Positions 60,778-63,772 of a DNA stretch of 63,772 nucleotides are shown piece after piece. The position numbers and the translations under genes are program-made. Below the pieces are notes generated by a model. It had not been told where the DNA came from. It was given only the letters and a program-made list of their open reading frames with translations, and ran no database searches. The stretch covers positions 1-63,772 of the forward strand of contig CAYLLY010000004.1 of assembly GCA_964384595.1 (NCBI GenBank), given 5' to 3'. The DNA is from an uncultured Nitrospirales bacterium. Its GTDB lineage: Bacteria > Nitrospirota > Nitrospiria > Nitrospirales > NS-4. Position 1 is the stretch's first letter; the number at the start of each line of letters is the position of its first letter.

Positions 60778-62598
60778 TCAGGCGGAAGCCCCTTGGGGTT
60801 CCTGCGGAAGCGCCCCCTGGATGATCTGGTCGATCTCGGAACTCTCCAGGACTTCTTTCTCCAGCAGAGCCTCGGCAAGCGCCTTCAATGCGGCCATGTT
60901 CTCGCGCAGCATGCGTTTGGCGCGTTCGTAATTTTCGGTGACGAGACGCTTGACCTCGGAATCAATTTTGAGCGCGATTTCCTCGCTGTAATCCCGCCGC
61001 GTGGCGATTTCCCGTCCCAAAAAGATTTCTTCGTCCTTCTTCCCGAACGTGAGGGGGCCCAGCTCTTCGCTCATGCCCCACTCGCAGACCATCTTCCGGG
61101 CGAGGTCGGTCGCCCGCTCGATATCGTTGCCGGCGCCGGTGGTGATCTGCTTGAACACCAGTTCTTCGGCGACCCGCCCGCCCATGAGAATGGCCAGGCT
61201 GTTGTACAGGAACTCCTTCGAGTAACTGTGCCGGTCGTCCACCGGCAATTGCATGGTCACGCCCAGAGCCCGCCCTCGCGGAATGATGGTGACCTTGTGG
61301 ACCGGGTCGGTCCCCGGGATGAGCTTGGCCATCAGCGCGTGCCCCGCCTCGTGGTAGGCCGTGGTGCGCTTCTCCTGTTCGGTCAAGACCATGCTCTTGC
61401 GCTCCACCCCCATCAGAACCTTGTCCTTGGCGAACTCAAAGTCCTTCAACTCGACGGTGGTCTTGTTGAGTCTCGCCGCCAGGAGCGCCGCTTCGTTCAC
61501 GAGGTTCTCGAGATCGGCCCCCGAGAAACCGGGCGTGCCCCGTGAGATGACGGCGAGATCCACATCCTGGGCAAGCGGAACCTTCTTCGTGTGAACCTTC
61601 AAAATCTCGGCGCGCCCCCGCACGTCCGGCCGGTTGACGGTAATCTGCCGGTCGAAGCGGCCGGGCCTGAGCAGGGCCGGATCCAGCACATCCGGCCGGT
61701 TGGTCGCCGCGATCAGGATGACCCCTTCCGTCGTATCGAACCCGTCCATCTCCACGAGGAGCTGGTTGAGCGTCTGCTCCCGCTCATCGTGGCCGCCCCC
61801 CAGACCGGCTCCGCGGAGCCGTCCGACGGCGTCGATCTCATCGATGAAAATGATGCACGGCGCGTGCTTCTTGCCTTGTTCGAATAAATCGCGCACGCGG
61901 GAGGCGCCCACACCGACGAACATCTCCACGAAATCCGATCCGCTGATGCTGAAAAAGGGCACTCCCGCTTCGCCCGCGATCGCTTTAGCCAGGAGTGTCT
62001 TGCCGGTCCCCGGCGGGCCGACGATCAGCACGCCCTTCGGAATGCGTCCCCCCAGTTTCTGGAACTTATGCGGGTCCTTGAGGAACTCGATGATCTCGAC
62101 GACCTCTTCCTTGGCCTCATCAATCCCGGCCACGTCGGAGAAGGTGATCTTCTTGCGGTCTTCCGTCAGCATGCGCGCGCGGCTGCGGCCGAAGGACAGC
62201 GCCTTATTGCCGCCGATCTGCATCTGGCGCATCAAAAAGAACCAGAGCGCCAGGAAGAGCACAAAGGGGCCCACCTGCACGAGGAGCGTGATATACCAGG
62301 GGCTGTCTTCAGGGGGCTTCGCATTGATCGTGACGTGGTTGTCGCGGAGCAGTTTCACCAGGTCGGGATATTCGATCGTATAGGTCTTGAACGGGCGCCC
62401 GTCCTTGAACAGGCCGTTGAGATGGCTGCCGCGGATGGTCACCTCCCGGACGTCGCCCTGTTCGACCTTGGTCACGAATTCGCTGAACTTGACCTCTTCA
62501 TCCGGCGATTGGCCTTGGAACGTGAAGAGGTTGAACAGCAGGATCATGAAGAGGCCGACAACGACCCAGAAAACCAGATTTTTCGCGCGGGAATTCAT
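60778..62598 (-). CDS. ftsH: ATP-dependent zinc metalloprotease FtsH
   Basis: Two TMs, [37 protein letters not shown]. Confidence 0.98.
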   Translation of the reverse strand: MNSRAKNLVFWVVVGLFMILLFNLFTFQGQSPDEEVKFSEFVTKVEQGDVREVTIRGSHLNGLFKDGRPFKTYTIEYPDLVKLLRDNHVTINAKPPEDSPWYITLLVQVGPFVLFLALWFFLMRQMQIGGNKALSFGRSRARMLTEDRKKITFSDVAGIDEAKEEVVEIIEFLKDPHKFQKLGGRIPKGVLIVGPPGTGKTLLAKAIAGEAGVPFFSISGSDFVEMFVGVGASRVRDLFEQGKKHAPCIIFIDEIDAVGRLRGAGLGGGHDEREQTLNQLLVEMDGFDTTEGVILIAATNRPDVLDPALLRPGRFDRQITVNRPDVRGRAEILKVHTKKVPLAQDVDLAVISRGTPGFSGADLENLVNEAALLAARLNKTTVELKDFEFAKDKVLMGVERKSMVLTEQEKRTTAYHEAGHALMAKLIPGTDPVHKVTIIPRGRALGVTMQLPVDDRHSYSKEFLYNSLAILMGGRVAEELVFKQITTGAGNDIERATDLARKMVCEWGMSEELGPLTFGKKDEEIFLGREIATRRDYSEEIALKIDSEVKRLVTENYERAKRMLRENMAALKALAEALLEKEVLESSEIDQIIQGALPQEPQGASA

Positions 62599-62625
62599 CC
62601 CTGGCTCCCCAAAAAATTCAGTGTA

Positions 62626-62655
62626 ATCCTAGCACACCCCCCCGCAGGGACACAA
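62626..62655 (-). promoter_or_regulatory. Sigma70-type promoter of ftsH (TTGTGT-N18-TAGGAT, extended TG)
   Basis: Located in the hpt-ftsH gap; followed by a GGGGAG SD. Confidence 0.5.
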
Positions 62656-62665
62656 TACGCCCACC

Positions 62666-63214
62666 TCAGACCGGCTCACCCTCTTCATTGACCTTGTCCA
62701 GAACCGCCAGATACGGAAGATTCCGGTATTTTTGCCGGTAATCGAGCCCATACCCGACGACGAATTTGTTGGGAATGTTGAAGCCCACATAGTCCACCAC
62801 CACCTCGACCTGGCGGCGGTCGGGTTTGCTCAACAACGTACAGACCTTGATCGATTTCGGTTTCCTGGCATTAAGCGTTTTCCTGAGGTGTTGGATGGTG
62901 GACCCGGAATCCACGATGTCCTCCACCAACAGCACGTCCCGGCCTGCGATGTCCTCGGTCAGCGCGGTCAAGACTTTGATCTTTCCGGAAGACTTGGCTT
63001 TCCCGGCATAACTGGAGACCACCAGAAAATCCACCTTGAGCGGCAGCCGGATGGCCCGCGCCAAGTCCGCATAGAAGGCGTAGGCGCCCTTCAGAATCCC
63101 GATCATGATCAAATCCTTCTGCGCGTAATCGGCGGTGATCTGGCGCCCCAGCTCGCGAATGCGCGCCCGCATTTCTTCCTGGGTCACAAGGGGCTTGCCG
63201 AAAAGGCCTTCCAC
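62666..63214 (-). CDS. hpt: Hypoxanthine phosphoribosyltransferase
   Basis: ILKGA, SSY, LLVEDIVDSGST, FVVGYGLD, YRNLP; GTG start just after the tilS stop. Confidence 0.96.
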   Translation of the reverse strand: MEGLFGKPLVTQEEMRARIRELGRQITADYAQKDLIMIGILKGAYAFYADLARAIRLPLKVDFLVVSSYAGKAKSSGKIKVLTALTEDIAGRDVLLVEDIVDSGSTIQHLRKTLNARKPKSIKVCTLLSKPDRRQVEVVVDYVGFNIPNKFVVGYGLDYRQKYRNLPYLAVLDKVNEEGEPV

Positions 63215-63215
63215 G

Positions 63216-63772
63216 CTAGTCGCTCTCCTCCGTTCCAACGGGAGCGGCGAGCGAGAGCGTCACCGGACGGATGGTCGTCGGCCCCGCCGCGAACCGTTCG
63301 TCTCCGCGGTAGCCGGCCACCCACACGATCCCGGCCGGGGCGACCACCAGGGGAATCCGGGCCCGCATTTTCCGGTCAACCTTCCCATCCACAAAAAAAT
63401 CCTGAAGCTTCTTCCGCCGCCCGCCCATGCCGACCGGGCAAAACCAGTCTCCCCGCCTCCAGTTTCTGACAGACAGCGCCCCCTGGAATCGATCACCGTC
63501 CACAACGAGCGCCGCCCGGCCGTCGGAGGCACCGTGCACCCCTTCGACCGCCAGCAGCCGCCCGCCCCGGTCGCCGATCCCGACTTCTCCGGGAACCGGC
63601 AACGGCATACCGGCTGTCAGCTCCGCCAGGGAGAAGTCCTCCCCGTGACACCCGCCGTGCTCCATCACGATGAGAGCACGGTTGCGTTCCACCCGGAGAC
63701 CACCGGGAAGATTCAGTCCTGCCCCATGAGTCCCCTTCAGGACACGCTCAAGGATATCGCTCACATGACGGA
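63216..63772 (-). CDS. tilS: tRNA(Ile)-lysidine synthetase, C-terminal part (5' end beyond window)
   Basis: RNWRRGD.F.P.GM.G..KKLQDFF.D.KV....R..IPL, IVWVAG; tilS-hpt-ftsH synteny. Confidence 0.92.
   Translation of the reverse strand, partial: RHVSDILERVLKGTHGAGLNLPGGLRVERNRALIVMEHGGCHGEDFSLAELTAGMPLPVPGEVGIGDRGGRLLAVEGVHGASDGRAALVVDGDRFQGALSVRNWRRGDWFCPVGMGGRRKKLQDFFVDGKVDRKMRARIPLVVAPAGIVWVAGYRGDERFAAGPTTIRPVTLSLAAPVGTEESD

Overview
High-GC bacterial chromosomal window. The set of small conserved hypotheticals and the PanE fusion suggest Nitrospirota (inference from memory, not searched). Four blocks. (1) 1-11876: trehalose module (carbohydrate ABC importer, GH15 hydrolase, a T6P synthase with an N-terminal TM-periplasmic-TM module, T6P phosphatase), converging on metH. 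(2) 11.9-19.2 kb: a patchwork of small genes, including a heme-oxygenase-like diiron enzyme, an atypical ClpS, a Lys/His-rich basic protein, DUF3386, DUF5069 and a tandem-repeat RHH-like protein. Several appear to be transcribed as leaderless mRNAs, and an AT-rich island carries a perfect DnaA box. (3) 19.2-55.7 kb, minus strand: a large Wzx/Wzy-dependent surface polysaccharide locus (ExeA-like ATPase, HD-GYP, wza, wzc, wzy-like, wzx, seven GT4s, GT2s, AsnB, DegT/PIG-L/WbqC, WecA), with fcl, panE and HAD at its distal end. Its most unusual part is a candidate periplasmic decoration system: three GT-C-fold proteins, a GT2-GT87 fusion, a polyprenol-phosphate glycosyltransferase fused to a SAM methyltransferase, two more methyltransferases and a degenerate secreted PHP protein. 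(4) 55.8-63.8 kb: housekeeping cluster tilS-hpt-ftsH-folP-glmM-comEC. I saw no rRNA, complete tRNA, CRISPR array or transposase. All family calls come from motif recognition by eye; no searches were run.
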